Shown: one piece after another, positions 1 to 9,920 of the stretch
Position numbering within the stretch: position 1 is the stretch's first letter
Layout: every line of letters begins with the position of its first letter
NCBI GenBank assembly: GCA_963825585.1
Contig: CAWGTX010000006.1
Location: 387,905-451,904 of the forward strand
Direction of reading: 5' to 3'
Length of the DNA: 64,000 bases
Origin: an uncultured bacterium
Lineage (GTDB): Bacteria; Actinomycetota; Acidimicrobiia; Spongiisociales; ZC4RG35
Made by a program: the position numbers and the translations under genes
Notes under the pieces: generated by a model
Told to the model about the DNA's origin: nothing
The model's database searches: none
What the model saw: the letters and a program-made list of their open reading frames with translations, nothing else

Positions 1-706
1 TTGCGGGCGCCCTCTTCCTTCGGGTGGCCGATCATCGGCCGGTCGTCGTGATGCTCACCTCTGGAGCACTGCCGCTGATGCTGTGGACGGGATGGACCGA
101 GTTGTTCACCGTTGCCGTGCTGGTGGCGGCAGTCAGTCTCTGGTCCCGAGCTGGACTGTCGTCGGTGCTGCTCGGTGTGGCGCTCGCCTCGAAGCAGTAC
201 ATGATCGTCCTGGCACCGTTGGTGGCCGTGGTCGGAGACCAGCCCAGGAGGCTCCGTCGCCTGCTGCCGTTGGTCGTGGCGGCGTGCCTGGCATTGGCCG
301 GTTTCGCGCTCGGTGAGGGGTACCTCGATGCAACCGTCGGAGTGTACGCAGAGTTCGATGCCCGGCCCGACTCGGCCTCGTTCTTCGGGTTCCTGTCGGT
401 GCTCGGCCTCGGCGTCTCGCCACCGTTCTGGCTGGCACCGGTAGCCGGGTTGGCGTTCGCGGCTCTGGTTGCGATGAGGTGGCGTCCGATCACACTCGTG
501 CAGCTCCTGGGGGGATCAGCGAGGACGCTCGCCGTGTTCTTCCTTCTCGGAACCCAGGCATTCTCCAACTACTGGTTCCTGGTGTGGTGCCGCGCTGCTC
601 CTTGCTCTCGTCCTCCAGAACCCACCGACAGAGGCGCCCGACATCGCGTCGTCCGCCGGCCGGATACCAGGTACACCCGCGAGACCAGGTCAGGAGCGAA
701 CGTGGA
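1..706 (+). CDS. Polytopic membrane protein, GT87/DUF2029-like glycosyltransferase, C-terminal fragment. The 5' end lies outside the window. The 3' end is uncertain because the ORF reads in-frame into the next gene.
   Basis: Frame 3 is open from nt 3 with no upstream stop. Hydrophobic TM segments carry a '...SKQYMIVLAPL...FSNYWFLVW' pattern typical of DUF2029/GT87. After 'FLVW' the annotated frame becomes Arg/Pro-rich and low-complexity. The +1 frame gives 'CGAALLLALVLQNPP...TWK*', stopping at about 706. Confidence 0.4.
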
Positions 707-722
707 AGTAGATCAGGAGAAG

Positions 723-2696
723 ATGTCGCCGTTCGATCGATTCGCTGCGTCGTCGGTTGCGATCCTGTTCGGAATCTCCCAGCCCGTTCTGGACCTGTTC
801 GGGCGGTTTCCGGCGTTCTTCGGGGCACGCCTGTCACCCCGGTCTGACATCGTCCTGCTCGGAGTATTCGCGGCTCTGATGGTGCCTGGGATCGCAGGAG
901 TGCTCTCGCTCGGCAAGGGACGTCTTGGTCACCTTGGATTCTTCCTAGGAACGAGCGTTGGCCTCTTCGCATTTGGTGCACGTATCCCCGCCGCATTCGG
1001 AGTCGAGAGTGACGTACTGTGGCTGCTGTGCGCTGGTGTGGTGGCGCTCGGAGGAGTCTGGCTGCTGGAGCATCGGGAAGCTGCCAGAACGTTCGCTCGT
1101 TTCCTGGTTGTAGCCCCCCTGGTCTCGCTTGCGGTCTTCCTCGTGGCTTCGTCGACGGGTCAGACGCTCCGTGCTCCGAGCACGCCCCTCCCAACCGTCG
1201 CAGCACCGGGCGCGCCGGCGCCGATAGTCGTCATCGTGTTCGATGAACTACCGCTCGCCTCGTTGATCACACCGGAGGGCACGATCAACGATGAGTGGTA
1301 TCCGAACTTCCATCGTCTGGCCGACGACTCCATTTGGTATCGAAATGCGGCGACAACGCAGCAACAGACAGATGGTGCCCTGCCGACCATCCTCACGGGA
1401 ACGAACGTCACGCCCGGCAGCCAGCCCGTGCTCGCCGAGCACCCGAACAATCTCTTCACGCTCCTCCGAGGACACTATGACCTCCGGGTCGTCGAAGGAT
1501 TGACCACCTTGTGCCCTCTCGAATGCCCTGAAATCGTTGAGCAGTCGGGTCCTCTGGAAAGGTGGGGGACGATTCTGCCTGATGTATGGGTCGCAGCGTC
1601 TCATCAGCTTCTGCCGCCCACCATTCGTAGTCGCCTTCCGACGATTGCGGAACAATGGGGCCGGTTCGGCGATCTGCGCTTCCGCGATCTCATTCGGAAC
1701 GACCGTCGCTCCATCGTGGATGACTTCATCGCGGACATCGCGAATCGGCCGGACCGGGGTCGGCCCCCCCTGTACTTCCTGCACTCGATGCTACCCCACC
1801 GCCCTTGGCAGCATCTACCGGATGGCCGGGTCATAGCCGACATCGAGCAGGATCCACCTGGGCTGGTGAACCGAACGTGGCGCGACCAATGGGCTGCGAA
1901 CCTAGCGATGCAGCGCCACCTCATGTCCGTCCAGTTCACTGATAGCGTCCTCGGCGAGGTCATGTCGGCGTTGAAGGCATCTGGCATCTACGACGAGGCT
2001 TTGATCGTGGTTATGTCGGACCACGGTATCTCGCTCGAGCTCGATCAGGAGTACCTTCGGAAGGTGACCGACGAGAACATGGGGCAGGTCGGAGCGATAC
2101 CGATGCTGGTCAAGCTACCTGGTGGCGAAGGAGGTGGAACGATCGACGACTACCGGGCCGAGTCTCCCGACATCCTACCGACCATCGCGGACATCATCGA
2201 GATCGAAGTGCCGTGGATGGTGGACGGCGTCTCCCTGGTCGGCGACGGTCGCCCGAATCGCGAACGGACCACAGCTTTTGGTATTGCTTCGACGGCCACA
2301 TGGGGCGTGTCCGGACAGGAGAAGTACGAGGTGGCAAGCCGGATCGAAGAGCTCTTCCCCTTGGGTGATGTCTTCAATCTCACGCTCCCGGCGGACATTG
2401 CCTGGCTGGGCCGACTGTCCGACGATCTCGAGCCGTGCAGCGAGTGCAGATTGACGGATGCTGATCTTTACGAGGACGTGGATCCAGCGGCCATGGTTGT
2501 GCCCGCCGTCGTCAGGGGTGTGATCGACGGGCTTGGAGAACCTGGGCGACGCATCGGCGTCGTGGTGAACGGCGCCATCCAAGCTGTGACCTACTCCTTC
2601 GAGAGCGCTGCCGGCTCACGTGAGCTGCAGGCGGCGATTGATCCATCAGCGCTCAGAGCCGGGGCCAACGACGTGTGGTTTGTCGAACTACCGTGA
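723..2696 (+). CDS. LtaS/sulfatase-family membrane protein (alkaline-phosphatase superfamily). Likely a phosphoglycerol or phosphoethanolamine transferase-like enzyme with N-terminal TM helices and an extracytoplasmic domain.
   Basis: Internal ATG at 723 (MSPFDRF...). About 5 TM helices are followed by 'IVVIVFDELPLASLITPEG...WYPNFHRL...MSDHGISL', a sulfatase/LtaS-like metal-site pattern. Stop at 2696. Confidence 0.6.
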   Translation: MSPFDRFAASSVAILFGISQPVLDLFGRFPAFFGARLSPRSDIVLLGVFAALMVPGIAGVLSLGKGRLGHLGFFLGTSVGLFAFGARIPAAFGVESDVLWLLCAGVVALGGVWLLEHREAARTFARFLVVAPLVSLAVFLVASSTGQTLRAPSTPLPTVAAPGAPAPIVVIVFDELPLASLITPEGTINDEWYPNFHRLADDSIWYRNAATTQQQTDGALPTILTGTNVTPGSQPVLAEHPNNLFTLLRGHYDLRVVEGLTTLCPLECPEIVEQSGPLERWGTILPDVWVAASHQLLPPTIRSRLPTIAEQWGRFGDLRFRDLIRNDRRSIVDDFIADIANRPDRGRPPLYFLHSMLPHRPWQHLPDGRVIADIEQDPPGLVNRTWRDQWAANLAMQRHLMSVQFTDSVLGEVMSALKASGIYDEALIVVMSDHGISLELDQEYLRKVTDENMGQVGAIPMLVKLPGGEGGGTIDDYRAESPDILPTIADIIEIEVPWMVDGVSLVGDGRPNRERTTAFGIASTATWGVSGQEKYEVASRIEELFPLGDVFNLTLPADIAWLGRLSDDLEPCSECRLTDADLYEDVDPAAMVVPAVVRGVIDGLGEPGRRIGVVVNGAIQAVTYSFESAAGSRELQAAIDPSALRAGANDVWFVELP

Positions 2697-2698
2697 CG

Positions 2699-5527
2699 TC
2701 ACGAGAACGCGGCGATAACATCCCTGAGGAACTTGCCGGTGTAACTCTCTCCCACCTCTGCCACCTCTTCAGGTGTCCCGGTTGCGATGATGAGACCGCC
2801 GCCGGACCCGCCCTCCGGGCCGAGGTCGATGACGTGGTCGACGGACTTGATGACGTCGAGGTTGTGTTCGATGACGAGCACGGTGTTGCCGGTGTCGACG
2901 AGGCGCTGCAGAACCTGCAACAGCTTGCGAATGTCTTCGAAGTGCAGACCGGTGGTGGGCTCGTCGAGGATGTAGAAGGTCCTACCGGTCGAACGCTTGC
3001 CGAGCTCGGAGGCGAGTTTGATCCGCTGTGCCTCTCCACCCGAGAGGGTGGTGGCCGGTTGGCCGAGCCGAACGTAGCTCAGGCCGACGTCGTAGAGGGT
3101 CTGCAGGATTCGGGCGATCTTGGGCTGGTTCTCGAAGAACTCGAGCGCCTCCTCGACCGACATCTGGAGAACGTCGGAGATGGTGTGGCCCTTCCACATG
3201 ATCTCGAGTGTCTCGCGGTTGTAGCGCTTGCCTCCGCAGATCTCACACGGCACGTAGACATCGGGGAGGAAGTGCATCTCGATCTTGATGGTGCCGTCGC
3301 CGGCGCAGGCCTCGCAGCGGCCCCCCGAGACGTTGAACGAGAACCGTCCGGGCTGATAGCCCCGGGCGCGGGCCTCGTTGGTCGATGAGAACAACGTTCG
3401 AATGTGGTCGAACAGTCCGGTGTAGGTGGCCGGGTTGGAGCGGGGGGTGCGCCCGATCGGCGACTGGTCGATGTTGATGACCTTGTCGATGTGTTCGATG
3501 CCCTCGATCTTCTTGTGACGGCCCGGGTTCGACCGCGACCGGTAGATCTTCTGATGGAGGGCCTTCGAGAGGATGTCCTCGACCAGCGTCGACTTGCCAG
3601 ACCCCGACACACCGGTGACGGCTACGAACGACCCGAGCGGGATGGTCATGTCGACGTTGCGCAGGTTGTTCTCGGTGGCGCCCAGCACCCTGATGGCGTT
3701 GCCGTTCCCGATCCGTCGGGTGGGCGGGACCTCGATCCGGCGACGTCCCGCCAGGTAGTCGCCGGTGACCGAGTCGGCGGCCGAGCACAGGTCGGCGAAC
3801 GTTCCCTGCGCCACCACGAAACCGCCGTGCTCGCCGGCACCCGGTCCGATGTCGACGATGTGGTCGGCGACACGAATCGTGTCCTCGTCGTGTTCGACGA
3901 CGATCAGCGTGTTGCCCAGGTCGCGGAGACGGATGAGCGTCTCGATCAGGCGCTGGTTGTCGCGTTGATGGAGCCCGATCGAGGGCTCGTCGAGGATGTA
4001 GAGCACTCCCACCAGACCCGACCCGATCTGGGTGGCCAAGCGGATGCGCTGCGCCTCTCCTCCGGCCAGCGTGGCCGCGGAGCGGGCCAGCGTCAGGTAC
4101 TCGAGCCCGACATCGAGCAGGAACCGGAGACGGGCACGGATCTCCTTCAGTACCCGCTCGGCGATCGTTGCCTCACGTTCGGTCAGCTCGACGCGTTCGA
4201 GGAATCGGTGCGTCTCGCCCAGCGACATCGAGGACAGCCGGTGGATGCCCATTCCGGCGATGGTGACGGCCATCGACACCGGGTTCAGCCGACCCCCCGA
4301 ACATGTCTCGCACGGCACCTCCCGCATGTACTCCTCGTAGTACTCGCGGGCGTTGTCGGACTCCGCACCCTCGTGGCGACGCGACAGGAACGGAAGCACG
4401 CCCTCGTAGGTGGCCGAGTACTCGCGTTTGCGGCCGAACCGGTTGGCGTAGGAGACCCTGATCTTACGATCGCCGGTGCCGTCGAGGATGGTCTTGCGGA
4501 CCTTGGCCGGGAGATCCTTCCATGGTGTGGTGAGCGAGAAGCCCATCTCCTCGGCGATGCCTTCGAGCATCCGCTGGAAGTACTTCATCTTGTTGCCCGA
4601 CCAGGGCGCCACGGCACCTTCGGCGATCGACCGGTCTGGATCGGGGATCACCAGGTCGGGGTCGACCTGGAATCGGGTGCCGATCCCGGAGCAGTCGACA
4701 CAGGCGCCATAGGGGCTGTTGAACGAGAAGTTGCGGGGCTGGAGTTCCTCGAAGCTGAACCCGTCGAGCGGGCAGGCGAGATGTTGGCTGAAGGTGAGGG
4801 TGGGCCCGTCGGTCACATCGATGTCGACCACGCCCTCGGTGAGGCCCAAAGCCGTTTCGAGTGACTGGGTGAGACGCTGGTCGATGCCCGGCTTGCTCAC
4901 GAGACGGTCGACCACCACCTCGATGGTGTGCTGGTAGTAGCGGTCGAGCTTGATGTCCTCGGTGAGATCCCGCACCTCCCCGTCGATGCGGGCGCGGGCG
5001 AAGCCCTGCGAGGCGAGGTCCTTGAGCATCGCCTCGTACTCGCCCTTGCGGCCCCGGATGACCGGAGCCAGCACCTGGAAACGAGTGCCCTCGGGTAGTT
5101 CGAGGATCTTGTCCACGATCTGCTGGGGGGTCTGTTTCACCAGCGGTGTGCCGTCGTGCGGGCAGTGCGGGATGCCGATGCGGGCGTACAGCAGGCGCAG
5201 GTAGTCCCAGATCTCGGTGACGGTGCCGACGGTGGACCGTGGATTGCGGCTGGCCGTCTTCTGGTCGATGGAGATTGCCGGTGACAGGCCCTCGATGAAG
5301 TCCACATCGGGCTTGTCCATCTGGCCCAGGAACTGGCGGGCATAGGCGGACAGCGACTCGACGTAGCGACGCTGACCCTCGGCATAGATGGTGTCGAACG
5401 CCAGCGACGACTTCCCCGACCCCGACAGGCCGGTGAAGACGATCAACTTGTCGCGCGGCAGCTCCAACGACAGGTTCTTGAGGTTGTGTTCGCGAGCACC
5501 GCGAATGAGGATGGTGTCGATCGACAT
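2699..5527 (-). CDS. uvrA: Excinuclease ABC subunit A
   Basis: 942 aa. N-terminus is '[45 protein letters not shown]'. Two ABC ATPase modules and Zn-finger CxxC motifs are present throughout. Confidence 0.95.
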   Translation of the reverse strand: MSIDTILIRGAREHNLKNLSLELPRDKLIVFTGLSGSGKSSLAFDTIYAEGQRRYVESLSAYARQFLGQMDKPDVDFIEGLSPAISIDQKTASRNPRSTVGTVTEIWDYLRLLYARIGIPHCPHDGTPLVKQTPQQIVDKILELPEGTRFQVLAPVIRGRKGEYEAMLKDLASQGFARARIDGEVRDLTEDIKLDRYYQHTIEVVVDRLVSKPGIDQRLTQSLETALGLTEGVVDIDVTDGPTLTFSQHLACPLDGFSFEELQPRNFSFNSPYGACVDCSGIGTRFQVDPDLVIPDPDRSIAEGAVAPWSGNKMKYFQRMLEGIAEEMGFSLTTPWKDLPAKVRKTILDGTGDRKIRVSYANRFGRKREYSATYEGVLPFLSRRHEGAESDNAREYYEEYMREVPCETCSGGRLNPVSMAVTIAGMGIHRLSSMSLGETHRFLERVELTEREATIAERVLKEIRARLRFLLDVGLEYLTLARSAATLAGGEAQRIRLATQIGSGLVGVLYILDEPSIGLHQRDNQRLIETLIRLRDLGNTLIVVEHDEDTIRVADHIVDIGPGAGEHGGFVVAQGTFADLCSAADSVTGDYLAGRRRIEVPPTRRIGNGNAIRVLGATENNLRNVDMTIPLGSFVAVTGVSGSGKSTLVEDILSKALHQKIYRSRSNPGRHKKIEGIEHIDKVINIDQSPIGRTPRSNPATYTGLFDHIRTLFSSTNEARARGYQPGRFSFNVSGGRCEACAGDGTIKIEMHFLPDVYVPCEICGGKRYNRETLEIMWKGHTISDVLQMSVEEALEFFENQPKIARILQTLYDVGLSYVRLGQPATTLSGGEAQRIKLASELGKRSTGRTFYILDEPTTGLHFEDIRKLLQVLQRLVDTGNTVLVIEHNLDVIKSVDHVIDLGPEGGSGGGLIIATGTPEEVAEVGESYTGKFLRDVIAAFS

Positions 5528-5580
5528 GGCCCCGTTTGGCTCCGACGTCTAGGCCACTCGATGCTAATGCAGGTTCGCAG

Positions 5581-5595
5581 CGAACGCATGTTCGA
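5581..5595. promoter_or_regulatory. Candidate LexA/SOS box, actinobacterial GAAC-N4-GTTC type (CGAACgcatGTTCGA), about 55-70 bp upstream of uvrA
   Basis: The palindrome cgaac-gcat-gttcg sits in the 400-bp intergenic region 5' of uvrA on the minus strand. It is flanked by a second overlapping GTTCG...CGAAC inverted repeat. Confidence 0.45.
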
Positions 5596-5931
5596 TGGAG
5601 TTTGCTGTTCAGGAGGGTGCTGCGCGTGCCGATGGATCCGCATGCAATTGATCGTCGCCTACCTCGACGCAGGAACCGGGAGCCTTCTTCTGCAGGCCCT
5701 TCTCGGCGGTTTGGCCGGTCTCGGCGTGGCTCTCCGCGCGTTCAGGATGAGACTTCTCACTCGGCGACCCAGCGAGCCCGACGAGGGTTCCGAGCACACC
5801 TCCTGATCGCGGCGAGGCACCGGGAGCGATACCTGATCAGGGTTGGGACCGGTGGGCTTTCCGCGCGGGACCGCGGCGTCGGGCGCCATGGCCGCTTCGC
5901 ATTGGACGACTCCTCCTGCGGCCGCTGCTCG

Positions 5932-6852
5932 TCATGTCGTTTTGCGGTGGCCCAACGCTGAAACGACGAAGCCGAGGGCTTCGGCGGCGAGCATCGCCAC
6001 GCGGTGCATGAGCGCAAGCGCCAGAACGTTGCCGAAGTTGGTCGAGACGCTCAGGGCGAGGGCGAGGGCTCCCTCCCGGACACCCGCTCCAGCCGGAAAC
6101 GGAACCGCCAGGAATCCCACGGTCCACGCAAACGCAAAGGCTCCCATCAAACCGCCGTACCCCGGAAGCCCTGAATCCGAGCGCCCAAGCAGGACGATCG
6201 CAGACGAGAGCGCGACCATTCCCACGACACACGCCGAGAGGGCGGCGGCTTTGGCTGGTCGCCCCGTCATCAGTTCCGGGAGACGCGGGAGCGAACGTAC
6301 GGGGCCGAACTTACTGATCCGATCGATCAGAAGGTTGGCGACTCCTGCCACATCGGTGAGCAGGATCCAAGCGGAACCGATCGATCCACCCAGCAGACAA
6401 ATCAAACCGAGTGACCGTTGTGCTGGCTCGAGAAGCATGGCGGATCCGGCGAGCAGGCCGGCACACACCATCATCGCTGAGTGCGTGACGAGCCGGGCGA
6501 CAGAGGAACTGGTCGAGGTGTCGTAATCCTTCGACAGAACCACCTGACTCGCGGGCATCGAGACTCCGCCGGGGATGTACTTGGCAGGTTGCGCCATGAG
6601 GAAGCGACGGATGAGGGCGGTTCGAGGAGCGCCTTCGGGATGGAGACGCGCCCACGCCCATCCGAGAGAAAGAAGGCCCACCAAACAGAGCCCAACCGCG
6701 CCCGCGAAGCCCAACGAATCGACCTGAACCGCAGCGACGAAGTCCGACCAGTTTCTGGCGAGGGCGATCGAGATGAAAACGACACCCAGGCCGAGGAGAG
6801 CGATCTGGAGGCGTCTCCCCGTCGTCACAGACGGATGAGAGCGGTGTTCCAC
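5932..6852 (-). CDS. UPF0104 / lysylphosphatidylglycerol-synthase-TM-like (flippase-like) polytopic membrane protein
   Basis: 306 aa with about 8 predicted TM helices. Ends with a small basic cytoplasmic tail. It is the last gene of the GT2-MT operon. Confidence 0.5.
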   Translation of the reverse strand: MEHRSHPSVTTGRRLQIALLGLGVVFISIALARNWSDFVAAVQVDSLGFAGAVGLCLVGLLSLGWAWARLHPEGAPRTALIRRFLMAQPAKYIPGGVSMPASQVVLSKDYDTSTSSSVARLVTHSAMMVCAGLLAGSAMLLEPAQRSLGLICLLGGSIGSAWILLTDVAGVANLLIDRISKFGPVRSLPRLPELMTGRPAKAAALSACVVGMVALSSAIVLLGRSDSGLPGYGGLMGAFAFAWTVGFLAVPFPAGAGVREGALALALSVSTNFGNVLALALMHRVAMLAAEALGFVVSALGHRKTT

Positions 6853-7481
6853 ATGGCGGCGGTGGACACTTCAACCCGTTCGAAGTGCTCGCCGAGGAAC
6901 CGATTGAACCCACCCGTCGACCAATGCTGGACGTGACCTGGCGTGTTGCCCAAATCGCGCAGGTACGCGCCCCGGGCCATGTTGCCGATACGCCACCAGG
7001 GTTCGTTCGGAACCGTGATGAGACACGAGGAGCGTGCCACTCTGCGAAGTTCTTCCAACGCCTTGGTGGGGGTGTCGAGATGTTCGAAGACCTCCGTGGC
7101 GACCACGAGGTCGAACGAGTCGTCTGCGAATGGCAGGTCGTACACGGATGCGGCCAGGAAGTGTCCCTCGCTCACATTTCGTGGGCCCTCACTGACGGCC
7201 GAGACCTCGAGGTCGCAGCCGACCACCACCGATGACGACAGCGCCTGGGATAGGACGGCGGTGGTACGGCCCTCACCGCAACCGACGTCCAGGATGGAGT
7301 CGTGGGGTACCGACGATGCCATGTCCACCAGTCGTCGGTGGAAGGTGTGCATCATCCGGACGACGATCGGGTTGGTCGACCCGTGCTTGTCGTAGTGGTT
7401 GCCCGGGACGTTCCGGACGACACCGTCATCGGCGGCCTCGTTGCTGCGGACCACTTTCACCGGACGTTCGCGTTTGGTCAT
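6825..7481 (-). CDS. Class I SAM-dependent methyltransferase
   Basis: Internal start MTKRERP at 7481 forms an ATGA overlap with the upstream GT2 stop. Motif I is 'ILDVGCGEG', followed by 'LVVATEVFEHL' (motif II/post-I). The N-terminal 128 aa of the raw ORF are low-complexity and not protein-like. Confidence 0.7.
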   Translation of the reverse strand: MTKRERPVKVVRSNEAADDGVVRNVPGNHYDKHGSTNPIVVRMMHTFHRRLVDMASSVPHDSILDVGCGEGRTTAVLSQALSSSVVVGCDLEVSAVSEGPRNVSEGHFLAASVYDLPFADDSFDLVVATEVFEHLDTPTKALEELRRVARSSCLITVPNEPWWRIGNMARGAYLRDLGNTPGHVQHWSTGGFNRFLGEHFERVEVSTAAMWNTALIRL

Positions 7482-8467
7482 GCCGCCCGCCTCGGTGCAG
7501 TGGCCGGCATCACGTCGTGTCGCTTCTTGCTGAGCTGGACGAGGAGGTCGGCGAGCATCCCCAGAATTCCGAGGCCGACGCTCAAACCGGCGAGCAGGAG
7601 CGTGTTGCCGGCCACCTTGAAGTCCGAGGCGATCAGGTCGTACACGAGCTTTCCGGTGGCGGTCAGACCGGTGATGATGGCAAGCGGCCCGAACACCCGG
7701 AATGGCTCGTACATGAGTGTCATGCGGATCACCTGGAGGAGGTATCTGCGGGTGTCCGCCCACCAGTGGAACTTCGACTTCCCGGCCCGGGCGGCGTACG
7801 GGATGGGCACGAACTTGACGGAGTAGCCGTTGGCGAGGAACGCCATGGTGATGGTGGTGACGCACGAGAAGCCGCGTGGGAGCAGATAGAGGAACTGCTC
7901 ACCGACGTCGCGCCTGAACGCCCGGAAACCGGAGTTGAGGTCGGGGATCTTGGTGTCGGTGAGATAGGCGGCGAGCCTGCGGATGACCCACTTGGCGGGT
8001 GTCCGGAGGAGCTTCAGAGTCCCCTCCTCGGATGTGCGGGCGCCGACCACGTGGTCGAATCCGTCGATGGAGGCCACCAACTCCGGGATCTTGTGGTTGG
8101 GATACGTCATGTCGACGTCGGTCCATACGACATAGGTGCCCCGAGCCGCCATCGAACCGTATTTGCGGGCGGAGCCCGATCCGCGGTTGGTGGCGAACTG
8201 GATGAGGCGAATGCCCTCGATCTCGCGCAGACGGTCGCCCGAGCCGTCGGTCGACCCGTCGTCGACCACGATGATCTCGAAGGAGTAGTCGGATGCTTCG
8301 AGGGACGTGCGGATCCGGTCCAACTCGTCGTCCAGATGACCGCGTTCGTTGAACACGGGAAGAATCACGGAGATGTCGACGACGTCGCTCATGCCGGGCA
8401 CGATAGCGGCGGAGCCGTCCGCTCCCAGTGGAACCGGCCGGCCGTTCCAGGAGAGCTGACTCTTCAT
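7478..8467 (-). CDS. GT2-family polyprenol-phosphate glycosyltransferase (DPM1/ArnC/GtrB-like)
   Basis: 'ISVILPVFNERGHL...IIVVDDGSTDGS...' gives the GT2 DxD and DDGS motifs. Two C-terminal TM helices are typical of dolichyl/undecaprenyl-phosphate sugar synthases. An alternative start at MSDVV is possible. Confidence 0.75.
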   Translation of the reverse strand: MKSQLSWNGRPVPLGADGSAAIVPGMSDVVDISVILPVFNERGHLDDELDRIRTSLEASDYSFEIIVVDDGSTDGSGDRLREIEGIRLIQFATNRGSGSARKYGSMAARGTYVVWTDVDMTYPNHKIPELVASIDGFDHVVGARTSEEGTLKLLRTPAKWVIRRLAAYLTDTKIPDLNSGFRAFRRDVGEQFLYLLPRGFSCVTTITMAFLANGYSVKFVPIPYAARAGKSKFHWWADTRRYLLQVIRMTLMYEPFRVFGPLAIITGLTATGKLVYDLIASDFKVAGNTLLLAGLSVGLGILGMLADLLVQLSKKRHDVMPATAPRRAA

Positions 8468-8578
8468 AGCCGGCGGGTGCCTCCATGGCTGCGAGGATCG
8501 GGGTACGAGCCGAGCCGACGATTTCGGATCTCCGAGGCCGACGATCCCCCGATGCGCTCAAGGAGACGATGATGCGCG

Positions 8579-9920
8579 ACGATGAGGCCTTGATGCTGGA
8601 TGACATGACCGGTTCCGCCATCGCGCGCTGGATCCAACGCATGGTGAATCGCGTGTTCGTCGCCACATTCCTACCCGTTCTCGCCGTGTACCTACTGACC
8701 GCCACGTACTCCCGTCCATGGCACATCGATGCGATGACCAATGCGGTGACGGCCCGGTCGATCGGGGCCACCGGGTCCCCGCTCCTGCCCGATCACGTCG
8801 AGGCTGCCACCGAGGACCAGTTCGGGAACGTGGGATGGATCGTGATGAGCCCGAGGGGCCCGATCTCTCAGTACCCACCCGGAACGGCACTGCTCGCCGC
8901 ACCGCTGTACGCAGTGTGGGGAGGCTCGATGACGGCGGTCGAGATGCAGGGCGAGCAACCGGCCGGACCTGGATCCGGTGACCTTTCCCGGTGCCCCCAC
9001 TCGCTCCCGCGGCGTTGACGGCGGCGTCGTTCACGGCACTGGCGGCCGGACTGGTGGCCCTCATGTCACGGGCCGTCGGTGCCACCCCGCTGCAAGGCGT
9101 CCTGACCGGCTACACCGCCGCCTTCGCCACCGGTACTGGAGCGTGTCCTCGAATCAGCTGTGGCAGCACGGGCCGGCTTCGGCGGCGGTGGCCGCTGCGG
9201 TGTACGGATGCATGACCAACCGTCGGGTCGTCGGGCGGCCTCGGATTCGCGGCTGCGATCCTGATTCGGCCCCACCTTGCCATCATCGCGGCGGTCGTCG
9301 GTGTCGGGTTGGCCGTGTCAGAGACGGTCCTGGAAGCCGCTCCTCCAGGTCGGCCTCGCCTCAGCCTGGGATTTGGCGGCGCATCTCGGTTTCAACTGGT
9401 GGGTCTGGGGCGAGCTCACGGTGAGCGGCGGCTACGGCACCTACTTCACGGATGCGCTTCTCGCCAACGACATGGGCTGGTACGTCAGGAATGTGATCGG
9501 ATCGCTGATCGACCCGGCCCGCGGAGTCCTGGTCGGCGTCCCCTCTGTTCCTCTTCCTGCTCCCCGGCCTGAGGCAGGCGTGGAGCGACGGCCGATCCGG
9601 CGGTGCGTTATGCGGCGGTCGGATCGGTGGTCTACATGCTGGTTCAGCTCCGGGCGAATCGATTCTCGGGCGGCGACGGCCATTTCGCCTACCGGTATCC
9701 GCTCGAGCCCCTCACGGCCTCGGCCCCGCTCCTCTTCCTGGCGTTCACGTCGTGGGTCGGGCGCCATCGGCGGGTGTTGCGATACTTCGGATTCGCAGTG
9801 GTCCTCTCGTGCTGTCCCTCAGCTCATCTGGGCCGTGCTGAGGTGATCGCCAGGACCGGACATACCGAGCCGGCCCACGTGACTCTCGCCGCGCATCCGA
9901 ACGCGAGGTGGGGCCAATGA
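8579..9920 (+). pseudogene. GT-C-like polytopic membrane protein, paralog A. Disrupted by at least 6 frameshifts.
   Basis: RBS aaggag lies 4 nt before ATG 8579. Pieces in all three + frames align colinearly to paralog B (SQYPPGTALLAAP / LQYPPGTALMAAP, NQLWQHGPA / NALWQHGPA, LVQLRANRFSGGDGHFAYRYPLE / LVHLTLNRFTGGGGFFGYRYPIE). Frame switches occur near 8990, 9140, 9240, 9340, 9550 and 9610. The terminal TGA overlaps the paralog B ATG (ATGA at 9917-9920). Confidence 0.6.

Noticed and set aside
3404-4864. 486-aa + strand ORF
   Set aside because: It is antisense to uvrA. The translation is Arg/Gly/Asp-rich low-complexity, typical of open wrong-strand frames in high-GC DNA.
7232-8572. 446-aa + strand ORF
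   Set aside because: It is antisense to the GT2 and methyltransferase genes and low-complexity.
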